A DNA stretch of 48,910 nt from Promethearchaeota archaeon (GTDB lineage Archaea; Asgardarchaeota; Lokiarchaeia; Sigyniarchaeales; SOKP01): contig JAEOTA010000082.1 of assembly GCA_016840085.1 (NCBI GenBank), positions 1-48,910 on the forward strand, in the 5' to 3' direction. The notes beneath the pieces were generated by a model. The model searched no databases and was not told where the DNA came from. It worked only from the letters and a program-made list of their open reading frames with translations. Positions within the stretch are counted from its first letter, which is position 1. Each line of letters starts with the position of its first letter. Made by a program: the position numbers and the translations under genes. Positions 1-8,602 of this stretch are shown here, one piece after another.

Positions 1-315
1 AATTAATTCATTAATTAAAATAGAGGATTAGGCGAATTTAAGTCTGTCGTTTAGGAAAAACGTGATTTAATTAAGCCTCCAAAAGCTATAAATATTTTTG
101 TCGATGAAGGTAAATTAAAAATTATCTGAAATAATAATAAAGAAAAATTGTATCAAAAAATTATGCTAGAACCGTAATTTAATAGACGTATAGCAAAAAA
201 CATTCCTGATATGAATAAATTTAAATTTCTCATTTTCGATGGATAGAATTATATCATTAAAACAATATTGACTTTTAATTAATTAATTCTTGTTTCTTTT
301 GGTATAATATTATAG

Positions 316-741
316 TTAGTATTCCAAAATTAGGGTTTTCTTAAAATACTTTATTTTTGAAGTAAGAATTCGTTCAATAACATCTGAGAATGAACTAAAT
401 AGAGATATTTCGCCATTGAAATCCTTTAATACTTCTTTATATTTTTCTAAAAAGGTTTCAATAATACTCTCTGCTATATCTTCTAATATTTTCTTATCAA
501 GTTTCTTATTCTCACACTTAATTACTAAATGAAAATTAGATTTGTGAGTATAAAAGAAAAAGATATAACTATCAAGTGTTAGCATTCTTAGGCTTTCTCT
601 AAAATTCTGTTTAGTAAAACGACAGATTATATCGAAATAGCTTGCTAACGATTGTTTATCATCTACTTTATGATCTTTTGTGAGATTATGATAAAATAGA
701 GCTATGCCCGCTTGATTGATAATCATTAATTCTTGAAGCAT
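316..741 (-). CDS. Longin/roadblock-like small alpha/beta domain protein
   Basis: 141 aa; N-terminal beta-hairpin ELMIINQAGIALFY, helix SLASYFDII, beta strands, then helix ending F..KY; pattern typical of Asgard longin-like proteins. Confidence 0.6.
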   Translation of the reverse strand: MLQELMIINQAGIALFYHNLTKDHKVDDKQSLASYFDIICRFTKQNFRESLRMLTLDSYIFFFYTHKSNFHLVIKCENKKLDKKILEDIAESIIETFLEKYKEVLKDFNGEISLFSSFSDVIERILTSKIKYFKKTLILEY

Positions 742-1129
742 CTTGATCTGGTTTTAAAGAAAATGTTCAAATATATTTTAAAAATTTCTTTATATTCTTA
801 TTAGATTTCTAATAAGTAAGTTTCATCTAACTTATAGGAAAATTTATTTTTAAATTTTTATTTAATAATTTATTTAATTCAGAAAAACCTCTGCTATGGC
901 ATTAATTACACAAAATGGATATTTAAATTCGTCTTATTTGTTTATTAACATTTAAAAATAGATTGCTGAAAACTTGCTTTAGCTAAAGTGCTGCCTTTTT
1001 GGATAATAAAACTAGATATAGTATTAAAAAATATGTACAATTAGAATGCTTTTTATTATGTAATAAGGAAAAAATTAAGAAAACAAATAAAAATTGAATT
1101 CTATGGTATTTAGAATTCTTAAACTTAAT

Positions 1130-2182
1130 TCAAAGTATTTGTGAAACTGGAATTTTCTTTATTGCATTATACGCGGTTTTTAAACATTTTTCAGCATCAA
1201 AAACTATAGTATTTATTATATCCGAAACACTCTCTACACTGTCTATAAGTCCAATACTTTGCCCTAAATAGACAGTTCCTTCTTCAACGTTTCCTTTATA
1301 AGTCATTTCTAATTCTGCTAATTCTTTTTCCACCTTTGATATTGAAGTTTCTCCAGCTTTTTTTTCTTGTTTACTTGCAACAAGATGTTCATTTTCAGTT
1401 TTTTTACTCTTCCATACCCTTGCAGGCCCAAAAATCCCAGTTTTTAATTCAGTGTCAGAAGCACTCGAATTAACTACGAGTTTTTTATAATTTTCGTGAA
1501 ATTCACATTCTTTCGATGAAATAAATCTAGATCCCATTGCAATAGCACCGGCACCCATAGATAAAGCAGAAGCTAAACCTTCACCAGTAGCATAACCTCC
1601 AGAGGCAATTATAGGAATATTCGGTAATTTTTTTCTCACTTGTTGTAATAAAATTAAAGTACTTATATTTTCATAAGATTGATGCCCGCCTCCTTCAACG
1701 CCAGTAATAACTAGCCCATCGATTCCACTATTAACCAGTTTTTCAGCAAGATATAATGAAGGTGCAACATGGAAATGCTTAATGTTTGAACCACTTTCTT
1801 TCAATTTTTCAAAATGTTTATTGTAGATCAGTCTCGGAGAACCTGCACTTGTAATTAAATAAACACATTGTTCTTTTATTTTTGGATTCTCCAGAATAAA
1901 TCTTGGAAGTTGTCTGCAAAGTTTTATAGCGTCTGGTTGTAATCGAGCGGTTCTTATGTTAAATCCAAAAGGTTTATCAGTATGTTCAACAACATACGCC
2001 ATACTCTTTTTCATTTCATCTATAGTTATAGTTCCATGTATAGTAACATGACTTAAAACACCTAATCCCCCTGCTTCTGATACCGCAACAGTTAATTTAG
2101 TAGTATAAAAAGGACCCATTGGAGCACTTAAAATAGGATGTTTAATACCTAACATTTTTGTAATATTTGTTTCTATTACCAT
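1130..2182 (-). CDS. Nitronate monooxygenase / FabK-like FMN-dependent oxidoreductase (paralog 1)
   Basis: HPILSAPMG, AVSEAGGLG, EGGGH, IASGG, GAGAIAMGSRF and GQSIGLI motifs. Confidence 0.9.
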   Translation of the reverse strand: MVIETNITKMLGIKHPILSAPMGPFYTTKLTVAVSEAGGLGVLSHVTIHGTITIDEMKKSMAYVVEHTDKPFGFNIRTARLQPDAIKLCRQLPRFILENPKIKEQCVYLITSAGSPRLIYNKHFEKLKESGSNIKHFHVAPSLYLAEKLVNSGIDGLVITGVEGGGHQSYENISTLILLQQVRKKLPNIPIIASGGYATGEGLASALSMGAGAIAMGSRFISSKECEFHENYKKLVVNSSASDTELKTGIFGPARVWKSKKTENEHLVASKQEKKAGETSISKVEKELAELEMTYKGNVEEGTVYLGQSIGLIDSVESVSDIINTIVFDAEKCLKTAYNAIKKIPVSQIL

Positions 2183-2230
2183 TCTGAATCACTTTTTTCT
2201 CATTTTAAAATTCTACATTTCAAGAATTTA

Positions 2231-2291
2231 ATAGATCAAACTGTTAATTATAAGATCAAATGATTAGTTATTTTTATCAAAAGTTAATTTA
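2231..2291. promoter_or_regulatory. Three imperfect ~20-bp direct repeats upstream of the NMO gene (putative operator array)
   Basis: atagatcaaactgttaatta / taagatcaaatgattagtta / ttttatcaaaagttaattta in tandem, 50-110 bp upstream of the minus-strand ATG at 2182. Confidence 0.3.
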
Positions 2292-2722
2292 TAAAACTTT
2301 TCATGAAAACCCACTATTAAAAGTATTAATCTATTAAAGATATTATTAAAACTTCCTCGATTTTTTATTAAACTTTAAAATAAAGAAATTAGTCTTTAAT
2401 CTTGGAAGATATCGTTGTGTAAATAAAGCGATTAAAGTTTTTAATTAATGTCCTTTTAAAGTTTTAGTGTAAAGCTAGGAGAATAAAACAAAAATTAGAT
2501 TACTAAGGATTTAAAATTTAGAAAAGTCTAACATTCTATGATAGTAACTTGATGCCTAAAGCACTTTTCCAATATTTATAAGTCCCATTATTTTTGTTTT
2601 TGCCCTAGTGTAGAATCAACATTTTATATGAAACCATTTGGTAAATTTTTGGTGAATTATAAATACTTTTGATGTTTATTTTTCACAATTAATAAACAGA
2701 CTTTTGAAATGTGGCATAGAAT

Positions 2723-2902
2723 ATGGTATGGGGAGGTTCACTTAATAAAGAAGGCTCTGATTATTTGAGGAAAATTAGGGATGCAGATAAGGTTATAGCA
2801 TTTCTTGAAAACACTAAAGAGGATTTAAATCTTGAAGACCAAATGATTCTTTCCAAGACAATCGAAATTATAGTCGATTATGTATCTAAAATCTCAGAAT
2901 GA
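2723..2902 (+). CDS. Small hypothetical protein (59 aa), not in ORF track
   Basis: ATG 2723 to TGA 2902: MVWGGSLNKEGSDYLRKIRDADKVIAFLENTKEDLNLEDQMILSKTIEIIVDYVSKISE; amphipathic helices; ends 12 bp before the convergent gene. Confidence 0.7.
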   Translation: MVWGGSLNKEGSDYLRKIRDADKVIAFLENTKEDLNLEDQMILSKTIEIIVDYVSKISE

Positions 2903-2914
2903 GGAACGTAGATA

Positions 2915-3484
2915 TTAAACTTTGTGAATAATTTTTTTAATAATTTCAATAACTTGATCTGCTGCTTTTTTAATCGTTTCTGTAAGGTGAAATTCAAAAA
3001 ATGGGAGATCTTCATTTTCGCTTCGATCTTCTAGTGAATATTCGTCTGCTTTATAAAAGTTTAGTTCTGTAAATCCTTCAAGGCTTTCTGGAACAAATCC
3101 TATCATAAAAACTTGTAAGTTTGATAATTTCTCGAGTAATAAATCGATAACTAAGTTAACTGGTAATGTATGAGATGATATTGGAACATATTCTTTAATA
3201 TTTTCACGTTCTATTATTGATACCGTGCCAGGAGGTTTATTGAGGGTACATGTATCTAATAGGACAAGGTGTGATGCTTGAAATTCAACGATTTCATCAA
3301 TTCTATTCATAGGATCAATGCCGGCATTTATGAATAAAAATTTTTCATTAGAACAGTCTAAGAACTCACTTATTATGTAAACGCCTACTGCGTCGTCTCT
3401 AAGCTTTTCTTCACCAATACCCATAAATACTATTTTATTAGCCCTATTCAATTTATCTAATAGGATTTCAATTAGTTCTTTCAT
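2915..3484 (-). CDS. hycI: Hydrogenase maturation protease (HycI-like)
   Basis: MGIGEEKLRDDAVG, LVLLD and SSHTLP motifs. Confidence 0.85.
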   Translation of the reverse strand: MKELIEILLDKLNRANKIVFMGIGEEKLRDDAVGVYIISEFLDCSNEKFLFINAGIDPMNRIDEIVEFQASHLVLLDTCTLNKPPGTVSIIERENIKEYVPISSHTLPVNLVIDLLLEKLSNLQVFMIGFVPESLEGFTELNFYKADEYSLEDRSENEDLPFFEFHLTETIKKAADQVIEIIKKIIHKV

Positions 3485-3617
3485 AATGGCTTGACACTAT
3501 TCTAATTAATCAAAAAAATATTAACAATTATTACTTTTTATGTGGTAAATATTATTTCAAGATTAATATAAGATGGCATAAATTCATTAATTATTATACA
3601 TTTTTAATAAGTATTAC

Positions 3618-4226
3618 ATGACGGAAGAACCGATTGAAAAAACGGAGAAAATACAATTAGAGGGAGTAATTGAAGAGGATAAAGTTATTGTCTCTGATAA
3701 ACGGGGAGTTGAGGAATTTTATAATACATCTTATATTGGGACTCTTAAAGAAAATAATGAAGGTCAAGAAGTTCTAATTTTTGATGCTATTGAAGTATTA
3801 CTTCTATGTGAAAGAAATAGAATCCTATTATGGGAAGATAACGATATGAGCAAAACCCAATATGACTTTGAGAGTTTATTATTGTATTTTACCCAGTTTG
3901 ATGAGCGGCTGTGGCATAAATACATAATTTATATGGATCTAAGAAAAAGAGGATATATAGTTCGCACGGGATATGGTGATGGTTTGGATTTTCGTGTCTA
4001 TAAACGCGGAGCTGATTTTGAGAAAGATACAGCAAAATTTTTGATATATCCTGTATTTGAGGGGGATCCAATTGAACTAAGAGATCTAGATAAAATGTCG
4101 AGAGTCGCTATGAGCTCTCGTAAGGATTTAATTGTAGCAACAGTAGATAGACTTTCAAAACCCATTTATTACAGTGTTAAAAAATTTCAAATTTTAAACA
4201 CAGAAGGAAGTGAGGAATCAGAATGA
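3618..4226 (+). CDS. endA: tRNA-splicing endonuclease subunit, probably the structural (non-catalytic) subunit
   Basis: YMDLRKRGYIVRTG..G.DFRVY and RK.LIVATVD...IYY motifs; the catalytic His position reads Thr (KDTA vs KEHS). Confidence 0.85.
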   Translation: MTEEPIEKTEKIQLEGVIEEDKVIVSDKRGVEEFYNTSYIGTLKENNEGQEVLIFDAIEVLLLCERNRILLWEDNDMSKTQYDFESLLLYFTQFDERLWHKYIIYMDLRKRGYIVRTGYGDGLDFRVYKRGADFEKDTAKFLIYPVFEGDPIELRDLDKMSRVAMSSRKDLIVATVDRLSKPIYYSVKKFQILNTEGSEESE

Positions 4227-5878
4227 GCAAATTTGCTTGTGATACATCTGTTATTTTTAACGGACTTATACTTGAATTGATTGAAGATGGTGAATTGGGA
4301 GAATCTCCTGAAATTTTAATTTCCAATATCGTAATTGCTGAGATTGAATATCGGACAAATATACAGAAAGAAATAGGATTTTATGGTTTAAAAGTTCTAA
4401 AAAGCTTACGAAAATTAGATTCTGAAAATATTATAAAACTAAAAATTATAGGAAAACGTCCCACTAGAGAAGAAATAAAGATGGCACCAGGAGGCGAACT
4501 TGATGCGCTTATAAGAGAATCGGCACTTAAAAATGATGCTATATTAATTACAGCTGATCGGATTCAAGGAGATGTTGGTATTTTTGAGGGTTTAGAGGTA
4601 ATGCATGCTAAAGAGAAAGGTATTCCTAAACCTAAAGAACCACTATCTCTAAAATTACTAGATTATTTTGATGACACAACTATGAGTGTTCATCTTAAAA
4701 AGGATATTCCTCCATATGCTAAAAAAGGATCACCTGGTAATTGGCATTTAGAAAAAATCATTGACGAACCTTTAAATTCTAATTTAATTGAAGATATAAC
4801 TTTTGAAATTATTGAAAAAGTAAGAGAAGATGATCACTCTTTTATTGAAATCGAAAAAAAGGGAGCTGTTGTTGCTCAACTACGTGAATTCAGAATAGTA
4901 ATTACTAGACCTCCCTTTTCTAATGATATTGAAATTACAGCGGTTCGTCCTCTAGTTAATTTAAAATTATCAGATTATTCAATAGATGATAAATTGAGTA
5001 ATCGAATACAAAAAGCTGAAGGTATATTAGTATGTGGTTCTCCTGGAGCAGGAAAAAGTACTTTCTGTGCAGCATTAGCTAATTATTATTTAAGTCAAAA
5101 TAAAGTTGTTAAAACACTAGAAAGTGTAAGAGATTTACAAGTTAAACCAGAAATAACTCAATATACAAAACTAGAAGGTAGTCTTGAGAATTCAGCAGAT
5201 ATTCTTTTGCTGGTTCGCCCGGATTTCACAATTTTCGATGAGGTTAGAACTACAAAAGATTTTGAAATATATGCTGATTTTCGTTTATCTGGAGTTGGAA
5301 TGGTTGGTGTTGTTCACTCTTCTTCAGCAATAGATGCAATTCAAAGATTTATTGGTCGTATAGAACTTGGAATGCTGCCTTCTATAATAGATACAATAAT
5401 CTTTATTGAGGGTGGTGATATTTCGGCAGTACTGGTTATAAAAATGACAGTTAAAGTTCCATCAGGATTTAGAGATAAGGATTTAGCTAGACCCGTAGTT
5501 GAAGTACGGGATTATAAGACTCGTCAACTTGAGTTTGAAGTTTATTCTTTTGGACAAGACATTGTAATTAATCCTATAAGACCTAAAAAACCAAAATATA
5601 AACCAGATCAAAATAGAGGTTTACAATCTTATAGAAAAAGCAAATTTAAAGAGGAAAGAATTAATCTTGATATAGAAGTTAAGAAAGATAGAGTAATTCT
5701 AAAAGCAGCTCCAAAATATTCTAGTCAAAATGTTGTTGTATTTTCTGATCATGAAGAAATTTTTACTGGTTCATTAAGTAGAAAAAGCGAAATCAACCTA
5801 TCCTTAAATAATAAAGAGGGAAGAAAAATTCTAAAAGAATTCGACAGAAATAAAGATATATATGCTAAAATAAAATAA
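4223..5878 (+). CDS. PIN-domain ATPase (PINA/HjcB-type Holliday junction branch-migration ATPase)
   Basis: N-terminal PIN domain (DTSVI, EIE, DALI, TAD); Walker A GSPGAGKST; LLVRPDFTIFDEVR; GVGMVGVVH; ATGA overlap with endA. Confidence 0.9.
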   Translation: MSKFACDTSVIFNGLILELIEDGELGESPEILISNIVIAEIEYRTNIQKEIGFYGLKVLKSLRKLDSENIIKLKIIGKRPTREEIKMAPGGELDALIRESALKNDAILITADRIQGDVGIFEGLEVMHAKEKGIPKPKEPLSLKLLDYFDDTTMSVHLKKDIPPYAKKGSPGNWHLEKIIDEPLNSNLIEDITFEIIEKVREDDHSFIEIEKKGAVVAQLREFRIVITRPPFSNDIEITAVRPLVNLKLSDYSIDDKLSNRIQKAEGILVCGSPGAGKSTFCAALANYYLSQNKVVKTLESVRDLQVKPEITQYTKLEGSLENSADILLLVRPDFTIFDEVRTTKDFEIYADFRLSGVGMVGVVHSSSAIDAIQRFIGRIELGMLPSIIDTIIFIEGGDISAVLVIKMTVKVPSGFRDKDLARPVVEVRDYKTRQLEFEVYSFGQDIVINPIRPKKPKYKPDQNRGLQSYRKSKFKEERINLDIEVKKDRVILKAAPKYSSQNVVVFSDHEEIFTGSLSRKSEINLSLNNKEGRKILKEFDRNKDIYAKIK

Positions 5879-5891
5879 GGTAAATTATAAG

Positions 5892-6734
5892 TTAGAATTC
5901 AATCATACCTGATTTCTTCAATAATATTAAACCATCTAAAGTCCATATTGGTCTCCACCAAGGTAAGTTCTGATAGATTATTTTAAGACCACCATCGTCT
6001 TTAAGACCATTAAAAAAATAATCTGCTTCATTTTCTACTACTTTTTTATCCACAATATCGAGAGCATGATACCAATGTCGACCAAATAATGGATAATGTT
6101 CTTTATTATTTTCCAAAATACTCGGGAATTGGTTGATAATATGTTGTAGCATCTTTTTTTCGTCTTTATTTTCTCCTAAGTATTTCAGATATACAAAATA
6201 GGGATACTCATAAAAAGTAAATTCCTTAGGAAGAGAGCAGTTTGAATAAAAATCTTTTACTTTTTTAAAAAAAGTAGCATCTTTTAATCCCCACTTTTTA
6301 AGAAAGCCTGATAAAGCAAATATTCTTAGCTCATCAGGACCATCCCACCATTCTTGAAACGGATAATTATACATATTCTTAGGAGGATGGTTAATATATC
6401 CTTCTTCATTCTGTTCTTTAATAATCCAGTTAAATAATTGATCTGTGATTTCATTATCTACATAATCTAAGAGATCAAGAATATACATTGCAGTTTCAGC
6501 ACCAATAGCAGTACTGTCTGGACACAATAGATCTGGTTCAATACCATTTCCAATTCCTCCATCTGAATTCTGATAACCGACTAATGATTTAATAACATCA
6601 TCTTTATTGCCATTTTCAAAAAAAAACGAATATAATCTCCTTTCGAGTAATCTTCCATTTTTAAATATAAAGTCTTTTGCCTTTTTAATCTGGTTCTGAT
6701 TAAACATATTATAATAACCCTTATCCTTAATCAA
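5892..6734 (-). CDS. Prenyltransferase/squalene-cyclase-like alpha-alpha toroid hypothetical protein
   Basis: GRLLERR.Y, YQNSDGGIGNGIEPD, QNEEG and LKDDGGL repeats; true start may be the ATG of MFNQ. Confidence 0.65.
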   Translation of the reverse strand: MIKDKGYYNMFNQNQIKKAKDFIFKNGRLLERRLYSFFFENGNKDDVIKSLVGYQNSDGGIGNGIEPDLLCPDSTAIGAETAMYILDLLDYVDNEITDQLFNWIIKEQNEEGYINHPPKNMYNYPFQEWWDGPDELRIFALSGFLKKWGLKDATFFKKVKDFYSNCSLPKEFTFYEYPYFVYLKYLGENKDEKKMLQHIINQFPSILENNKEHYPLFGRHWYHALDIVDKKVVENEADYFFNGLKDDGGLKIIYQNLPWWRPIWTLDGLILLKKSGMIEF

Positions 6735-6771
6735 AATATATTGATCTTCTTTAATAGTTTTTAATGAAAAA

Positions 6772-7527
6772 TTAAATTCTTTTTATTAATTCTCTAACTT
6801 TTTCCATTATAGGAAGAAGAACTTCCTCAATTTTATTGTCAAACCTTATATCTGTTACAGCATCGTAAGGTGTATCACCCTTATTAAGAAGTATCAACTT
6901 AGCACCATTTTGTTTCGCTATCCCTGGCATATTAGCCGCAGGTGTTACTACTAATGAAGAACCAATTACAAAAAATACATCTGAATTCTGAGAGCGATTT
7001 ATTGCTTCTTGAAGTTCATCATAAGGTAATGGATCACCAAAGTTTACTATACTAGATATTAATCTCCCCTCACAATGCGGACAAGATGGCTGATTTTTTC
7101 GGATTCTATGGGTTCTATATCCAGGACCCCATTTTTTCTTATCCCAACCAGCATCTTCAAAAGTTAGTTTCTTGCCACAATCTAAGCATTTCATAAAATA
7201 CATATTTCCATGTAATTCAGCGAGTCTTTCAAATGGGACGCCTGATTTAGCATGTAACCCATCTACATTTTGAGAAATAAGGAAATCTAGTTTTTCCATC
7301 TCCAAGAGCTCCACAACAGCATAATGATTAGGATTTGGTTTCACTTGATCCCATGGGGGACTTTTTGGAGGGGGTAATCCTTTATCACGTCTAGTCCATA
7401 GACCATCTGGTCCACGGAAATCTGGTAACCCACTATCTGTGGAAATTCCAGCACCTGTGAATACAACTAACCTTTCTGATTCAACTATCCATTTAGCAGC
7501 TAGATCGATTTTTTCTTCTAAATCCAT
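6772..7527 (-). CDS. Sirtuin (Sir2-family NAD-dependent deacylase), copy A
   Basis: [23 protein letters not shown], ELHGN, CxxC/CPHC zinc site, GSSLVV.PAA. Confidence 0.95.
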   Translation of the reverse strand: [251 protein letters not shown]

Positions 7528-7548
7528 AATATAAATATAAAGATCTTG

Positions 7549-7568
7549 ATTATAAAAAGATAATTACA
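7549..7568 (-). promoter_or_regulatory. BRE/TATA-like promoter of sirtuin A
   Basis: 20-bp attataaaaagataattaca is identical to 8397..8416; both lie 22 bp from their ATG; minus strand reads TTTTTATAA. Confidence 0.6.
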
Positions 7569-7619
7569 GTTATGCAATCAAATTAGGAAAGTAATTAATA
7601 AAAAGAGGAAAAAAAACAA

Positions 7620-8375
7620 TTAACTACTTTTTACCATTTTTCTTACTTTTTCCATAATTGGTGGAAGTACTTCTTCAATTAAATTATCAAATCCTATATC
7701 TGTTATACTATCATAGGGTGTTTCACCTTTATTAATGATAATCAACTTTGCTCCATTTTGTTTCGCAATCCCTGGCATATTTGCTGCGGGTGAGACTACT
7801 AATGAAGAACCTATAACAAAAAAAACATCTGAATTCTGGGAACGATCAATTGCTTCTTGAAGCTCATCATAAGGAAGGGGATCACCAAAATCAACAATAC
7901 TCGAGATTATTCTTCCTCCACAATGCGGACATACAGGTTGACCCTCTCTAACAGAGTCTTTCCTAAAACCTCGGCCCCACACCTTCTTATCCCATCCAGC
8001 TTCTTCGAATAGCATTTTTTTATTACATGATAAACATTTCATGAAATAAAGATTGCCATGTAATTCTGCAAGTTTTTCAAACGGGATTCCAGATTTAGCG
8101 TGTAAACCATCAACATTTTGAGAAATGAGGAAATCGAGTTTTCCCATCTCTAAGAGCTCCACAATTGCATAATGATTAAGATTAGGATCTACTTGATCCC
8201 ATGGTGGAGATTTAGGAGGAGGTAAACCTTTATCTCTTCTAGTCCATAACCCCTCCGGTCCACGGAAATCTGGTATTCCACTACTTGTAGAACATCCCGC
8301 CCCTGTGAATACCACCAATCGCTCTGATTCAGTAATCCATTTTGCAGCTAAATCAATTTTTTCTTCTAAATCCAT
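7620..8375 (-). CDS. Sirtuin (Sir2 family), copy B, tandem paralog
   Basis: Same motifs and same 251-aa length as copy A; offset 848 bp. Confidence 0.95.
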   Translation of the reverse strand: [251 protein letters not shown]

Positions 8376-8396
8376 GATATGAAAATAACGATTTGA

Positions 8397-8416
8397 ATTA
8401 TAAAAAGATAATTACA
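8397..8416 (-). promoter_or_regulatory. BRE/TATA-like promoter of sirtuin B
   Basis: Identical 20-mer to 7549..7568 at identical spacing from the start codon. Confidence 0.6.
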
Positions 8417-8602
8417 AAAGTGAAATTATTATTTTTTCAAGATCGATTGGATTACATCAACATCAGCTAAATAAACTACCTTTAGTATAGAATCTGTGGC
8501 ATTATATAATTCTCGAGCTTTTTTGTCTACCTCAATACATGGTATAGCTGTTAAAAAAAATACTAATTTAAGTTTACTTAAAGATTAGAATAGCGTTAAC
8601 AA

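Noticed and set aside
19-282. Protein-like + frame with several in-frame stops (possible recoding or pseudogene)
   Set aside because: All three stop types occur at a density expected for AT-rich non-coding DNA; no recognisable family
8429-8566. 45-codon open minus frame (…IEVDKKARELYNATDSILKVVYLADVDVIQSILKK)
   Set aside because: No convincing start or motif; may be a gene remnant but is unsupported
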